NCBI GenBank assembly: GCA_963790305.1
Contig: CAWBOC010000005.1
Location: 224,001 to 288,000 of the forward strand
DNA from: an uncultured Gemmatimonadaceae bacterium
GTDB lineage: Bacteria > Gemmatimonadota > Gemmatimonadetes > Gemmatimonadales > Gemmatimonadaceae
Direction: 5' to 3'
Length of the DNA: 64,000 nucleotides
A program made the position numbers and the translations under genes. Shown piece after piece: positions 50,138 to 59,207 of this stretch (positions are counted from its first letter, which is position 1; every line of letters starts with the position of its first letter). Under the pieces are notes generated by a model that had not been told where the DNA came from, did not search any database, and saw only the letters and a list, made by a program, of their open reading frames with translations.

Positions 50138-51304
50138 TCAGGGTGTTGAGGGGCGACGCAGCACGCGAGAGAGAACGGCGAGCAGCACGCCCTGGATCAC
50201 GAGCGCCGCCGGCACGATCAAGAGCGAGCCCCGCATCCCGAACCGCTCGCCAAGGATGCCGGCGCTGTAGGGAAGAATCATCCCGCCGATCAGCGCCATG
50301 GTGATGCCCGCGCTGAACGCGGTACCTGACAGTGCGGCGAAGCGCGTTCCAATGAATCCGAGCACCGTCGGAAACATGGCGGCGAAGCCGACACCGAGGG
50401 AGAACACGCCGAGCGCCGCAACCGGAACGCTGCGCGTGGTGAGAAGCAGAGCCGCGCCGGCTAAGGCGATCGTCAGGCACATATAGAGGATGCGAAACGG
50501 CGAGACGCGACTCAGCACCGTGCCCACGGCCAGCCGCGCGAGCATCATGCCCGCCCAGTAGAGGGAAAGCAGAATGAGCGCGCTTCGTTCGCTCACCGCC
50601 AGCTCCTCGGTCACGAACGTGGACGTCCATCCACCGACGGTGAGCTCCAGGCCACTCTCGAGAAACAGCATCAGTCCCATCAACAGCATGAGCGGATCGC
50701 GAAGCAGTCGACCTGCGTCTGCAATCGGAAATCCCTGCGCTTGCTTCGGCGGCGGGAACGTGATCGTCGCGATGACCGCGAGGGGGACCACGACGAGCGC
50801 GCCGATCCCGGCGATCAGCAACGCGTGGCCGAACCGGCTCGTCAACATGCCGATCAGGAAGGGAACGCCCATCGCACCGATGCCGAAGAACACGCCGAGG
50901 AGATTCAGTCGCGGCCCACGCTCCTCACCGCTGATGTCGGAGACGAGCGCATTCGCGCCGCCATTGATGAATCCGCCGGCGAATCCGATCAGAAAGACGG
51001 CCGCGCGAAGCCACCCGATCGATGGAGCGAATGCGACACCTTCGAGTCCGACAATGATCAGAGCGGTCGAGCCCAGCAGCATCGCCTTGTAGCCGCGGCG
51101 ATCGACGATCGGACCGAAGATGAGCGCCCCGAGGAGAACGCCAAACGTCATCAACAGGAGAAGCGCGCCACCGGACGCTTTGTCGATTCCAAAGCGCTCC
51201 ATGACCGATGGCAGCACCGTCCCCACCATCGTGAAGACGATGCCGAACGTCAGCAGGCAGAGACACGCGCATACGAATAGACTGCGGCTCGAGCTTGGCT
51301 TCAT
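50138..51304 (-). CDS. MFS transporter (FucP/TsgA-like)
   Basis: About 12 TM segments; GPIVDRRGYK, NLLGVFFGIGA; ATGA overlap with the ROK gene. Confidence 0.88.
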   Translation of the reverse strand: MKPSSSRSLFVCACLCLLTFGIVFTMVGTVLPSVMERFGIDKASGGALLLLMTFGVLLGALIFGPIVDRRGYKAMLLGSTALIIVGLEGVAFAPSIGWLRAAVFLIGFAGGFINGGANALVSDISGEERGPRLNLLGVFFGIGAMGVPFLIGMLTSRFGHALLIAGIGALVVVPLAVIATITFPPPKQAQGFPIADAGRLLRDPLMLLMGLMLFLESGLELTVGGWTSTFVTEELAVSERSALILLSLYWAGMMLARLAVGTVLSRVSPFRILYMCLTIALAGAALLLTTRSVPVAALGVFSLGVGFAAMFPTVLGFIGTRFAALSGTAFSAGITMALIGGMILPYSAGILGERFGMRGSLLIVPAALVIQGVLLAVLSRVLRRPSTP

Positions 51305-52245
51305 GTGGCTTCTTGCTGTCCCAGCATCGCCAGCCTCCCGGCGCCGAAGAGTCCCGCGTCGCCCCCGAGCGTGCTGGCGACAAAGCGCACCTGCTCGATC
51401 GCGATCGGCTGCGCCCACCGCCTGGCCTCGCCGCGAATGCGATCGAGAAACCGCGCCGCCGGACCAAAGACGCCGCCGCCGAATACGATGATCTCGGGGT
51501 TGAACAGGCTCACGAGATTTGCCGACGCCATCCCCCAGAGCTCGATCGCGTTGTCGATCGCCCTCGTCGCAATCGTGTCGCCCATGTCATACGCGGCGAA
51601 GATGGCTCCCGCATCCAGGCCGTCAGCGGGTTCTCGAAGGGCCCCGCTGTAGCTCGCGTCGCCGCCCAGAAGATCGCGAGCGACCCTAACGAGCCCCGGA
51701 CCGGAGGCCTGGTCCTCGAAGCATCCGTGATTCCTGTAGCGAGGCGAGTACGGACGATCGAGCGCGAGCCAGCCAATGGCGCCCGCGACGTCCCCGTGGC
51801 CGCGAAGCACGCGTCCTTCAGCAAGGATGCCCGCACCGATGCCGGTGCCGACGGCGAGAAAGATCGCGTCGCGCGCTCCGGCCGCCGCCCCCCGCCACGT
51901 TTCGCCGAGGATGTACGCCGCGCGGTCGCTATCGATGGTGAGCGCGATGTCCGCTCCGAGCGCAGAGCGGAGCTCGTCTCGAAGCGGATAGTCATCCCAT
52001 TGGGGAATGTTCGGGGCCCAGACCGTCCCGCGCGCGGCACGATACAGCCCCGGAACGCAAACGCCGGCGCCGTCCAACGGGTGCTGCTCGGCGAGGTGTC
52101 GTATCCGCTCGACGATCAACGCCCCAACCGCGGGGCCGCGGCGGTCTGCCAGGGGCGTGCTCTCGCGCTGCAATAGCTCGCCTCCGGGGGTGAACGCGGC
52201 GGCGGCGAGCTTGGTCCCGCCGAGGTCGACACCGATGAAGGCCAT
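51301..52245 (-). CDS. ROK family sugar kinase
   Basis: GVDLGGTK, GTGIGAG, GCFE..ASG, FNPEIIVFGGGV; no HTH. Confidence 0.92.
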   Translation of the reverse strand: MAFIGVDLGGTKLAAAAFTPGGELLQRESTPLADRRGPAVGALIVERIRHLAEQHPLDGAGVCVPGLYRAARGTVWAPNIPQWDDYPLRDELRSALGADIALTIDSDRAAYILGETWRGAAAGARDAIFLAVGTGIGAGILAEGRVLRGHGDVAGAIGWLALDRPYSPRYRNHGCFEDQASGPGLVRVARDLLGGDASYSGALREPADGLDAGAIFAAYDMGDTIATRAIDNAIELWGMASANLVSLFNPEIIVFGGGVFGPAARFLDRIRGEARRWAQPIAIEQVRFVASTLGGDAGLFGAGRLAMLGQQEAT

Positions 52246-52269
52246 GGGCGGCGCGAAGGTAACACCCTG

Positions 52270-52312
52270 GGGGTCAGGAGTCAGGAGTCAGGAACTCCTC
52301 ACTCCGGACCCC
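52270..52312. repeat. Short TCAGGAG-type inverted repeat
   Basis: GGGGTCAGGAGTCAGGAGT / ACTCCTCACTCCGGACCCC; between divergent genes. Confidence 0.85.
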
Positions 52313-52406
52313 TTGGTTCTTCAGAGTCTTACACCTTCGTCGGTCGCGAGACTGGCGCGCGCAGCCCGCGGCGTCGTATCGTGTGATCCCCCGTCCCGGA
52401 GGACAC

Positions 52407-54356
52407 GTGCTCTCGTACCGCTACCGTCGTTCCGCCGTTCTGACATTCCTGGCGCTTGCCGCCTGTGCTCCCGGTGGATCGACGCGGGAGTCGCAAGGAT
52501 CCGTCGACCGCGTCTTCACGCCCCAGCAGTACACGGTCGAAGATTTCTACAAGAACACGAGATTCTTCGGTGCCTCGTGGGCGCCCGATCGCCAAAAGCT
52601 GCTCGTCTCGTCGAATCTGTCCGGAATCTGGAATGCGTACAGCTTCCCGGTCGGGGGTGGTGAGCCCCAGCCGCTGACGCAGTCGACGGGGAACTCCATC
52701 TTCGCGCAGTCCTATTTCCCTGGCGACGAGCGCATCATCTACACGAGCGACGAGGGCGGAAACGAGCTCACGCACGTCTACGTGCGTGATCCCGACGGCA
52801 CGACGAAGGATCTTACGCCGGGCAAGAAGCTGAAGGCGAGCTTCCACGGCTGGGCTGGCGACGACAAGTCGTTCTTCGTCTCCACCAACGAGCGCGACGC
52901 ACGGTACTTCGATCTGTACGAGATCGCGACCGACGGCTACGCGCGTACGCTCCTCTACAAGAACACGGAAGGGTTCGAGCTTGGCCCTGTGTCGCGCGAC
53001 AAGCGGTACATTGCGCTCGTGCGGCCGCGCACCACGTCGGACGCCGACATCTTCGTCCACGACCGCACCACGAACACGACGAAGAACATCACCGAGCACA
53101 CGGGCACGGTGAACAACTCGCCGGCGGACTTCTCGCCCGATGGCTCGAAGCTGCTCTTCGTGTCGGACAGCGGCCGTGAGTTCGCCGCGTTGCGGAGCTA
53201 CGATCTCGCCTCCGCGGCGAAGTCGACGGTGTACGAGCAACCCTGGGACGTATTGGGCGCGGAGTATTCGAAGGGCGGAAAGTATCTGACGGTGTACGTG
53301 AACGAAGACTCGCGATTCGTCGCCCGCGTGCTCGACGCGGCAGGATTCTCGGTGGTTGCGCTCTCCGACATGCCCACCGGGCTCGTGCGTGGGGTGACGA
53401 TTTCGCCGGACGATGCGTCGCTCGCGTTCTACGCCAGCGATGGCAGCGTGCCTGACGAGCTCTACGTGCGATCCTTCAGCGCCCCACCCAAGCGGCTGAC
53501 GAACGCGCTCCACTCCGCGATTCAGCGCGAGGATCTCGTCGTTCCAACGGTGGTTCGCTTCAAGTCCTATGACGGCGTCGAGGTTTCCGGCGTGCTGTAC
53601 CGCCCGCACCAGGCATCGCCCGATGCCAAGGCGCCGGCGATCGTGAAGGTGCACGGAGGCCCAGGGGGCCAGGCGCAGGTCGGGTACAACGCGCTCACGC
53701 AGGCGCTCGTGAACCGCGGCTACGTCGTGTTCGACATCAACAACCGCGGCAGCTCAGGCTACGGCAAGACGTTCTACGCGATGGATGACCGGAAGCACGG
53801 CGAGGCCGATCTCGGTGACGTCGTCGCGAGCAAGAAGATGTTGGCCGAGACGGGATACGTCGATTCGACGAAGATCGGGATCCTCGGCGGAAGCTATGGT
53901 GGCTACATGGTGCTCGCCGCGCTCACGCTCCAGCCGGACGCGTTCAAAGCCGGCGTCGATCTCTTCGGCATCTCGAACTGGATGCGGACGCTGAACAGCA
54001 TTCCGCCCTGGTGGGCATCGTTCAAGGAAGCGCTCTACGCCGAGATGGGCGATCCCAAGGCGGACAGCGCGCGCCTGCATCGGATTTCACCGCTGTTCAA
54101 CGCCGACAAGATCAAGGCGCCGCTCATGGTGCTTCAGGGAGCGAATGATCCGCGCGTCCTCAAGGTGGAGTCCGATGAGATCGTGGCGGCGGCGAAGAAG
54201 AACGGCGTCCCGGTCGAATATGTGGTGTTCGAGGACGAGGGCCACGGCTTCGTGAAGAAGGAAAACGAGATCGAGGGCTACACGGCCGTGCTCGGCTTTC
54301 TGGACCGATACCTCAAGGGGGGAGTGGCGGTCGCGGAGGAAGTCCCGAAGCCCTAA
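52407..54356 (+). CDS. S9 family prolyl oligopeptidase/acylaminoacyl peptidase lipoprotein
   Basis: GGAGGA RBS + GTG; LAAC lipobox; HGGP, GGSYGG, NDPRV, EGHG. Confidence 0.93.
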   Translation: MLSYRYRRSAVLTFLALAACAPGGSTRESQGSVDRVFTPQQYTVEDFYKNTRFFGASWAPDRQKLLVSSNLSGIWNAYSFPVGGGEPQPLTQSTGNSIFAQSYFPGDERIIYTSDEGGNELTHVYVRDPDGTTKDLTPGKKLKASFHGWAGDDKSFFVSTNERDARYFDLYEIATDGYARTLLYKNTEGFELGPVSRDKRYIALVRPRTTSDADIFVHDRTTNTTKNITEHTGTVNNSPADFSPDGSKLLFVSDSGREFAALRSYDLASAAKSTVYEQPWDVLGAEYSKGGKYLTVYVNEDSRFVARVLDAAGFSVVALSDMPTGLVRGVTISPDDASLAFYASDGSVPDELYVRSFSAPPKRLTNALHSAIQREDLVVPTVVRFKSYDGVEVSGVLYRPHQASPDAKAPAIVKVHGGPGGQAQVGYNALTQALVNRGYVVFDINNRGSSGYGKTFYAMDDRKHGEADLGDVVASKKMLAETGYVDSTKIGILGGSYGGYMVLAALTLQPDAFKAGVDLFGISNWMRTLNSIPPWWASFKEALYAEMGDPKADSARLHRISPLFNADKIKAPLMVLQGANDPRVLKVESDEIVAAAKKNGVPVEYVVFEDEGHGFVKKENEIEGYTAVLGFLDRYLKGGVAVAEEVPKP

Positions 54357-55180
54357 CGAGGTTTCCCCTCGCGCCGGCGGCGCCACGCTCCGGGTGACAT
54401 CCCGTGGCGCCGCTGGAATTCGCGAGTCAGGTGGCTCTGGTCGCTGAAGCCTCCGGCGATGCCGATCTCGGACAGGCTCATCGTGCTTTGAGTGAGCTGC
54501 TCCGCGACCCAGTCCAAGCGCAGGCGCCGCGCATACTCGCCCACCGTCGTTCCGAAGTGCGCCCGGAACTCCCGCGCCAAATGCGACGGCGTCACTCCCA
54601 CGGTGGCAGCTACGCCGGACAGCGACACTCCTTCGCGGAAGTGTGCGTGGAGCAGCTCCTGCGCGAGCAGGAGCCACGGCGGAACACGTTCATGGAATCG
54701 ACCTGCGCGATGCTGCCGAGCTGCCGCCGCCAGCATGGTGTGCACGAGACCATCGACCACGAGGGGCGACAGGTCATCGGCCGCGTTGATCTCCTGGGCG
54801 ATGCGGTTGGCATCGGCGGCAATCCCGGCGTGACGCAGATGCCGCACCGCATCCAGAAACCCGCCGAACGCGACGAATGCGGCCGGGTCCGGCTGCACGA
54901 CGAGGACGCGAGCCCCATCGCGCCCAATTCGGTTGGCGTGGCGCTCGCCTAACGGTTCCACCCAGACGGCCGCCGGCGGGCAGTCGAGCGTTCGATGCGC
55001 AATCGCGGAGTCGAACGCCCCGCTCAACATCACCCCGAAGATGGGACGGTCGTGCGTGTGGGACGGCAGCTCGGCGTTCGGAGGAAACCACGCCTCGATG
55101 ACGCCGCACCCCGTCGCCTCCATGCTGTGGAAGCGCGGACTGCCCATCGTGACCGGTACGTGCCGTTGCCGCTGTCTCAC
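54353..55180 (-). CDS. AraC family transcriptional regulator
   Basis: Cupin HTH.R..., C-terminal SLSEIG..GFSDQSHLTREF...GMSPG; start uncertain (55180 or 55147). Confidence 0.9.
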   Translation of the reverse strand: MRQRQRHVPVTMGSPRFHSMEATGCGVIEAWFPPNAELPSHTHDRPIFGVMLSGAFDSAIAHRTLDCPPAAVWVEPLGERHANRIGRDGARVLVVQPDPAAFVAFGGFLDAVRHLRHAGIAADANRIAQEINAADDLSPLVVDGLVHTMLAAAARQHRAGRFHERVPPWLLLAQELLHAHFREGVSLSGVAATVGVTPSHLAREFRAHFGTTVGEYARRLRLDWVAEQLTQSTMSLSEIGIAGGFSDQSHLTREFQRRHGMSPGAWRRRREGKPR

Positions 55181-55311
55181 GCGCGCTCCGAGGCTCGACC
55201 CAGCTGACAGCACGATTATTCAATCCCGCGCACGGCTGTTCAAGACAGAGAACGCCTCCGGGTCAATGTTCCGAACCCATCGGATTCGGTTCCCCACTCC
55301 CGGAGGCCCCC

Positions 55312-55905
55312 ATGCGAAGCGTTCCTCGTGCTTTTGCCGCGTTCGTGGTCATTCCCATCGTGACCGCTGTTGGCTGTGAGAGCCCGACGGTGTCGGAGCC
55401 GTTGGCGGCCGCCGGAGCCAGGCTTTCCGCAGCCGAGTCGAACGGCGTCGTCCTCAGCTCCAGTGGCGGCGGACATTACTTCCTTCAAAGCGCGTTCAAT
55501 GTTCAGTTTGCCTACACCGCGAAGCGACAGGTGGACGGTACCGTCCAGGGCGAATTCCACGAGTCGTTGCTGCTCGAGGGTGAGACCGTCGCCTTTCGCG
55601 GCAATGTGATCTGCATGGCCGTGGATCCGGTGAATCACCGGGCGTGGATCGGCGCGGTGATCACGGAAAACACGTCGACTCACCCCGCGTTCCAGGAGTG
55701 GTATCACCAGCCGGGCGAGGACGTCTGGTTCCGCGTGGTCGACTACGGCGAGGGAAGCGCGGCGCCGCCGGACCGTAAGACCTTCATGGGGTTCGAGAAT
55801 ACCCCCGGAATCCCGACCTCGGAGGTGTACTGCCAGCTCCAGATCTGGCCCGCCGACGATGCACGCACATGGCCGGTGACGGAGGGGAATGTTCAAGTCA
55901 AATGA
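55312..55905 (+). CDS. Hypothetical lipoprotein
   Basis: GGAGG RBS; AVGC lipobox; FRVVDYGEG, GNVQV; divergent from the AraC gene. Confidence 0.75.
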   Translation: MRSVPRAFAAFVVIPIVTAVGCESPTVSEPLAAAGARLSAAESNGVVLSSSGGGHYFLQSAFNVQFAYTAKRQVDGTVQGEFHESLLLEGETVAFRGNVICMAVDPVNHRAWIGAVITENTSTHPAFQEWYHQPGEDVWFRVVDYGEGSAAPPDRKTFMGFENTPGIPTSEVYCQLQIWPADDARTWPVTEGNVQVK

Positions 55906-55994
55906 GGTGCTCGAGGTGCTCAATGTGCTCGAGGTGCTCAAGGGGAAAGCCGTTCCCTCGAGCACCTCGAGCACATTGAGCACCTCGAGCACCT
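55905..55994. repeat. Perfect 35-bp inverted repeat of GAGGTGCTC nonamers
   Basis: 55905-55939 versus 55960-55994; the variant unit AATGTGCTC is mirrored; touches both stop codons. Confidence 0.95.
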
Positions 55995-56482
55995 TAGTCG
56001 ACGAACGCCCACAACAACTCCTGGCTCTTCCGATCCATCGCCTTCGGTGCAGCAAGCAAGTACAGATCGCCTCCGACATCACGAATGAGCAGGCCGCCCA
56101 TCGGCAGCACGCGCGGCCAGTCATCCAGGTGCGTCTGAAAGGATCGCGGCCCGTGTTTGGTCTCGACCTTCCACTGTCGGATCTCCACCTCCTCCTCGAT
56201 CGACACGACGCGCGTCACCTGCAGCACGAACCCCGCCTCGGCGAGCGCATGTTCGATCGCGGAGCGCGACTCCTCGCCGAGTGTCGCAGGGTCTTCGACC
56301 AACGCGACTTCCGTGTCCTCTTCGTCGCGCAGCGAGAGGTGTCGGTGCGGCTCGGACCACGGAAAGCACTGACGCAACCGTACCGGCACCGCGACGCCCT
56401 CGACGATGGCGAATAACCTCCCGTCGCCGGCGCCTTTTAGGATGAGCTCGGTTTCGCCTTCCAGCTCTAACGATTGAGCCAT
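55994..56482 (-). CDS. DUF1854 domain protein
   Basis: CFPWSEP...LSL, WKVETKHG, LLIRDVGG.Y, MDRKS; AAGGAGG RBS. Confidence 0.85.
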   Translation of the reverse strand: MAQSLELEGETELILKGAGDGRLFAIVEGVAVPVRLRQCFPWSEPHRHLSLRDEEDTEVALVEDPATLGEESRSAIEHALAEAGFVLQVTRVVSIEEEVEIRQWKVETKHGPRSFQTHLDDWPRVLPMGGLLIRDVGGDLYLLAAPKAMDRKSQELLWAFVD

Positions 56483-56503
56483 GGTGAGTCCCTCCTTGGT
56501 GAC

Positions 56504-56571
56504 GAATTCGGAATGCGGAATGCGGATTCAAGTCATCAATCACCAACTTCCGCATTCCGAATTCCGCATTC
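56504..56571. repeat. GAATGCG-heptamer inverted repeat
   Basis: 56504-56526 versus 56549-56571; between co-directional genes. Confidence 0.9.
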
Positions 56572-58824
56572 TTATTGAAGCTGCAGCTGCATTTCGTACA
56601 ACCGCCGATAGATCCCGTTAGGCCGAGCCAGCAGCTCCCGGTGCGTTCCCGACTCGGCCAGCCGGCCCTCCTCGATCACGAACAATCGCGACGCGCGGCG
56701 CAGGGTCGACAGCCGGTGCGCGATCGCGAAGACCGTGCGACCGGCGATGAGCCGCTCGAGCGCCTCCTGAATCTCCCGCTCCGTTTCCGTATCGACGCTG
56801 CTCGTCGCCTCGTCGAGGATCAGGATCCGCGGGTCGTGCAGAATCGCCCGCGCAATCGAAATGCGCTGACGCTCCCCGCCCGAGAGCGTGTGTCCACGCT
56901 CACCCACCACCGTGTCGTAGCCCTGCCCCAGCTTGCAGATGAAGTCGTGCGCGTTGGCCGCCTTCGCCGCCGCCACGACCGCGCTCAGCGACGCCGTCTG
57001 CATCCCATAGCGGATGTTCTCCAGCACCGTGCCGTGAAACAGATACGGATCCTGAAGCACCATCCCGAGCTGCTGGCGATAGTGCCCCGTATCGAGCTGG
57101 CGAATGTCCACGCCGTCGACGCGAACCGTTCCGCCGGTGGCGTCGTAGAAGCGCGCCACCAGATTCACCACCGTCGACTTGCCACCACCCGACGGACCCA
57201 CCAGCCCGATCAACTCTCCTGCGCGTACGTCGAAGCTGATCCCGCGCAGGATCTGCCGCACTCCGTCATACGCGAACGTCACGTTCTCGAACGTCACGCG
57301 CCCGCGCACCGGCACCAGACGCACCGGCTCCGCCACGTCACGCACTTCCGGCTCGCTGTCCAGCACCTCGAACACGCGGTGCGCCGATGACGTCGCCCGA
57401 TTGATCGTGCGCGCCATCTGACCGATGATCTCGATCGGACCGACGAACATCGTCGTGTACAGCAGAAACGACACGAACACCCCCGCCGACAATGGCGAGC
57501 CTTCGCCGAGCAATCGAGGCATCGCGAAGATCCACACCATGACCGTCGTCGAGTGCACCGCGAGCATCAGCAACGGCCAGAACGTCGTCCACATCTTGTG
57601 GATCTCGTTCGCCTCATCGGTGCAGTCCTCGTTGCGCACGCTGAAACGCTCGATCTCGCGCGACTCCTGGTTGAACGCCTTTACGACGCGAATGCCCGGA
57701 ATCGTGTCCGACAGCACGTCGGTGACGCGCGACCATTTCCGCCAGGCGCGAATGAATCGCGAGTTGAGCGATTCACCGTGCCGGTAGATCATCCAGCAGA
57801 ACAGCGGCACCGGAAGCGTCATCACCAGCCCCAGCCGCCAGTCGAGCGAGAGCAGGACGACGCCCAGCCCGAGCAGCATCACCAGCGACAGTGACACATC
57901 CACCACTCCGAACGCCACGAAGTCCCAGAGCCGGTCGGTGTCCGATGTCACGCGCGTGATCAGGCTTCCCGTCTTCTTCCGCGAGAAGAAGGACAGGCTC
58001 AGGTGCTGAATGTGCTCGTACAGCTCGGCACGCAGGTCGCGCGCGACCCACTCACCGATCACCGACATCAAGCGCAGCCGCACGTGCGCCGCGATCTGCC
58101 GCAGCACGTAGAGCCCCGCCATCGCGCCGACGGCGATCCACGCGATCGTCGCCGCCGCGCCACGCGCCATCGTGCCTTCGTTCGCCTTGCGCACGACGTC
58201 GTCGATCAGATAGCCCGCCAGATACGGCGGCACGAGGCTCGCCAGCGTCACGATCGCCGCGGCCGTGAGGCCGAGCGTGAGCTCGCGGCGATAGCGCGTG
58301 AGATACCGCAGCAAGCGCAGGATGACCGCTGACTGACGGCCGGCCACCAGCGCCTGCGCGTCACGCACCGGGCGCGCGACCGCGTCCGCGTACACGCGGT
58401 CCGCATCGGTCGGTTCCACCGCGCGACCTTCCAGCGCCTCGTCCAGCACGAAGCGAATGTTCTCGAACGCGCCGCGCTGCCGCTGGGTGTACCGCACGAC
58501 CGCCAAAGGCGGATCGTCAGGCACACCGAGCAGGAGCAACGCGTTCGCGCTGAGCCCGGGCGATTCCTGCACCGCCTGTATGCGCGCGCGCTCGACCGAG
58601 TGCACGTTCCACGCGCCCTCTCCGGCCGGACGCGCCAGAGCGATGTGCCGGGGGCCTAACGCAAGCCACGACTCGTGCAGTCGCAGCCCGTGGTCGAGGT
58701 CGGCAAGGGCGTAGAGCTGAACCGGCTGATTTCCCCACTCGCGCTCGATGCGCGCGCGAAGCTCGGTCGGGAGGCGAGCTGGCTGGCCGATGTATCGGCT
58801 GATGATCTCTTGATCCTGATTCAT
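56572..58824 (-). CDS. ABC exporter, fused permease/ATP-binding subunit with extended N-terminus
   Basis: TM domain; GPSGGGKS, LSGGERQR, ILDEATS, AHRL. Confidence 0.95.
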   Translation of the reverse strand: MNQDQEIISRYIGQPARLPTELRARIEREWGNQPVQLYALADLDHGLRLHESWLALGPRHIALARPAGEGAWNVHSVERARIQAVQESPGLSANALLLLGVPDDPPLAVVRYTQRQRGAFENIRFVLDEALEGRAVEPTDADRVYADAVARPVRDAQALVAGRQSAVILRLLRYLTRYRRELTLGLTAAAIVTLASLVPPYLAGYLIDDVVRKANEGTMARGAAATIAWIAVGAMAGLYVLRQIAAHVRLRLMSVIGEWVARDLRAELYEHIQHLSLSFFSRKKTGSLITRVTSDTDRLWDFVAFGVVDVSLSLVMLLGLGVVLLSLDWRLGLVMTLPVPLFCWMIYRHGESLNSRFIRAWRKWSRVTDVLSDTIPGIRVVKAFNQESREIERFSVRNEDCTDEANEIHKMWTTFWPLLMLAVHSTTVMVWIFAMPRLLGEGSPLSAGVFVSFLLYTTMFVGPIEIIGQMARTINRATSSAHRVFEVLDSEPEVRDVAEPVRLVPVRGRVTFENVTFAYDGVRQILRGISFDVRAGELIGLVGPSGGGKSTVVNLVARFYDATGGTVRVDGVDIRQLDTGHYRQQLGMVLQDPYLFHGTVLENIRYGMQTASLSAVVAAAKAANAHDFICKLGQGYDTVVGERGHTLSGGERQRISIARAILHDPRILILDEATSSVDTETEREIQEALERLIAGRTVFAIAHRLSTLRRASRLFVIEEGRLAESGTHRELLARPNGIYRRLYEMQLQLQ

Positions 58825-58854
58825 GTTCGTGATCCGCGCTCACAGTTAGGCAGC

Positions 58855-58893
58855 AAAAAGGCCTTTCAGGTCTATGGCAGCACCCGAAAGGCC
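58855..58893 (-). terminator. Intrinsic terminator in the ABC-transporter 5' leader (attenuator)
   Basis: GGCCTTTCGGGT...ACCTGAAAGGCC followed by TTTTT, 30 nt before the ATG. Confidence 0.75.
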
Positions 58894-58919
58894 GGATCAC
58901 GACATTGAATCCTGGTCTT

Positions 58920-59048
58920 CTAGGGTGCTCGGCCCCCGGCGGAGTCACCGCCAAAAACCCACGTTCCAGGGCGCACTTCGCCCATCAAGGCGAAGACGCG
59001 CGGTCCGGAGACGCGAATGAGAGTGATAACTCGGAGGCTTTCTATCAT
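58920..59048 (-). CDS. Putative 42-aa leader peptide ending RAP-stop
   Basis: MIESLRVITLIRVSGPRVFALMGEVRPGTWVFGGDSAGGRAP*; lies between the promoter and the terminator. Confidence 0.4.
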   Translation of the reverse strand: MIESLRVITLIRVSGPRVFALMGEVRPGTWVFGGDSAGGRAP

Positions 59049-59092
59049 TTCAGGATTGGGTTCCCCTTGTGGGAGGTGCTGCCGTTGAGCCC

Positions 59093-59121
59093 AAGATAGG
59101 ATCGGAAACCGAGGAGGGCAA
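59093..59121 (-). promoter_or_regulatory. Putative sigma70 promoter TTGCCC-N17-TATCTT
   Basis: Correct spacing; predicted TSS near 59085, at the antiterminator strand. Confidence 0.5.
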
Positions 59122-59207
59122 GATCCCCGCCCGGTCCGCCTCACAAGTAGGTACGAACGGGATCTGCGTCAGGATTCACGTTCCGGGTTTCCATTGGCCG
59201 GCATCGA

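Noticed and set aside
55889..56416. ORF with EVL/STS peptide repeats
   Set aside because: Translation of the nonamer inverted repeat plus the antisense strand of DUF1854
58900..59085. Known riboswitch (cobalamin, guanidine-I, c-di-AMP, T-box)
   Set aside because: Only fragments resemble them (GAAGACC; TTCTAGGGT on the wrong strand) and the core consensus blocks are missing; an Rfam scan is still needed
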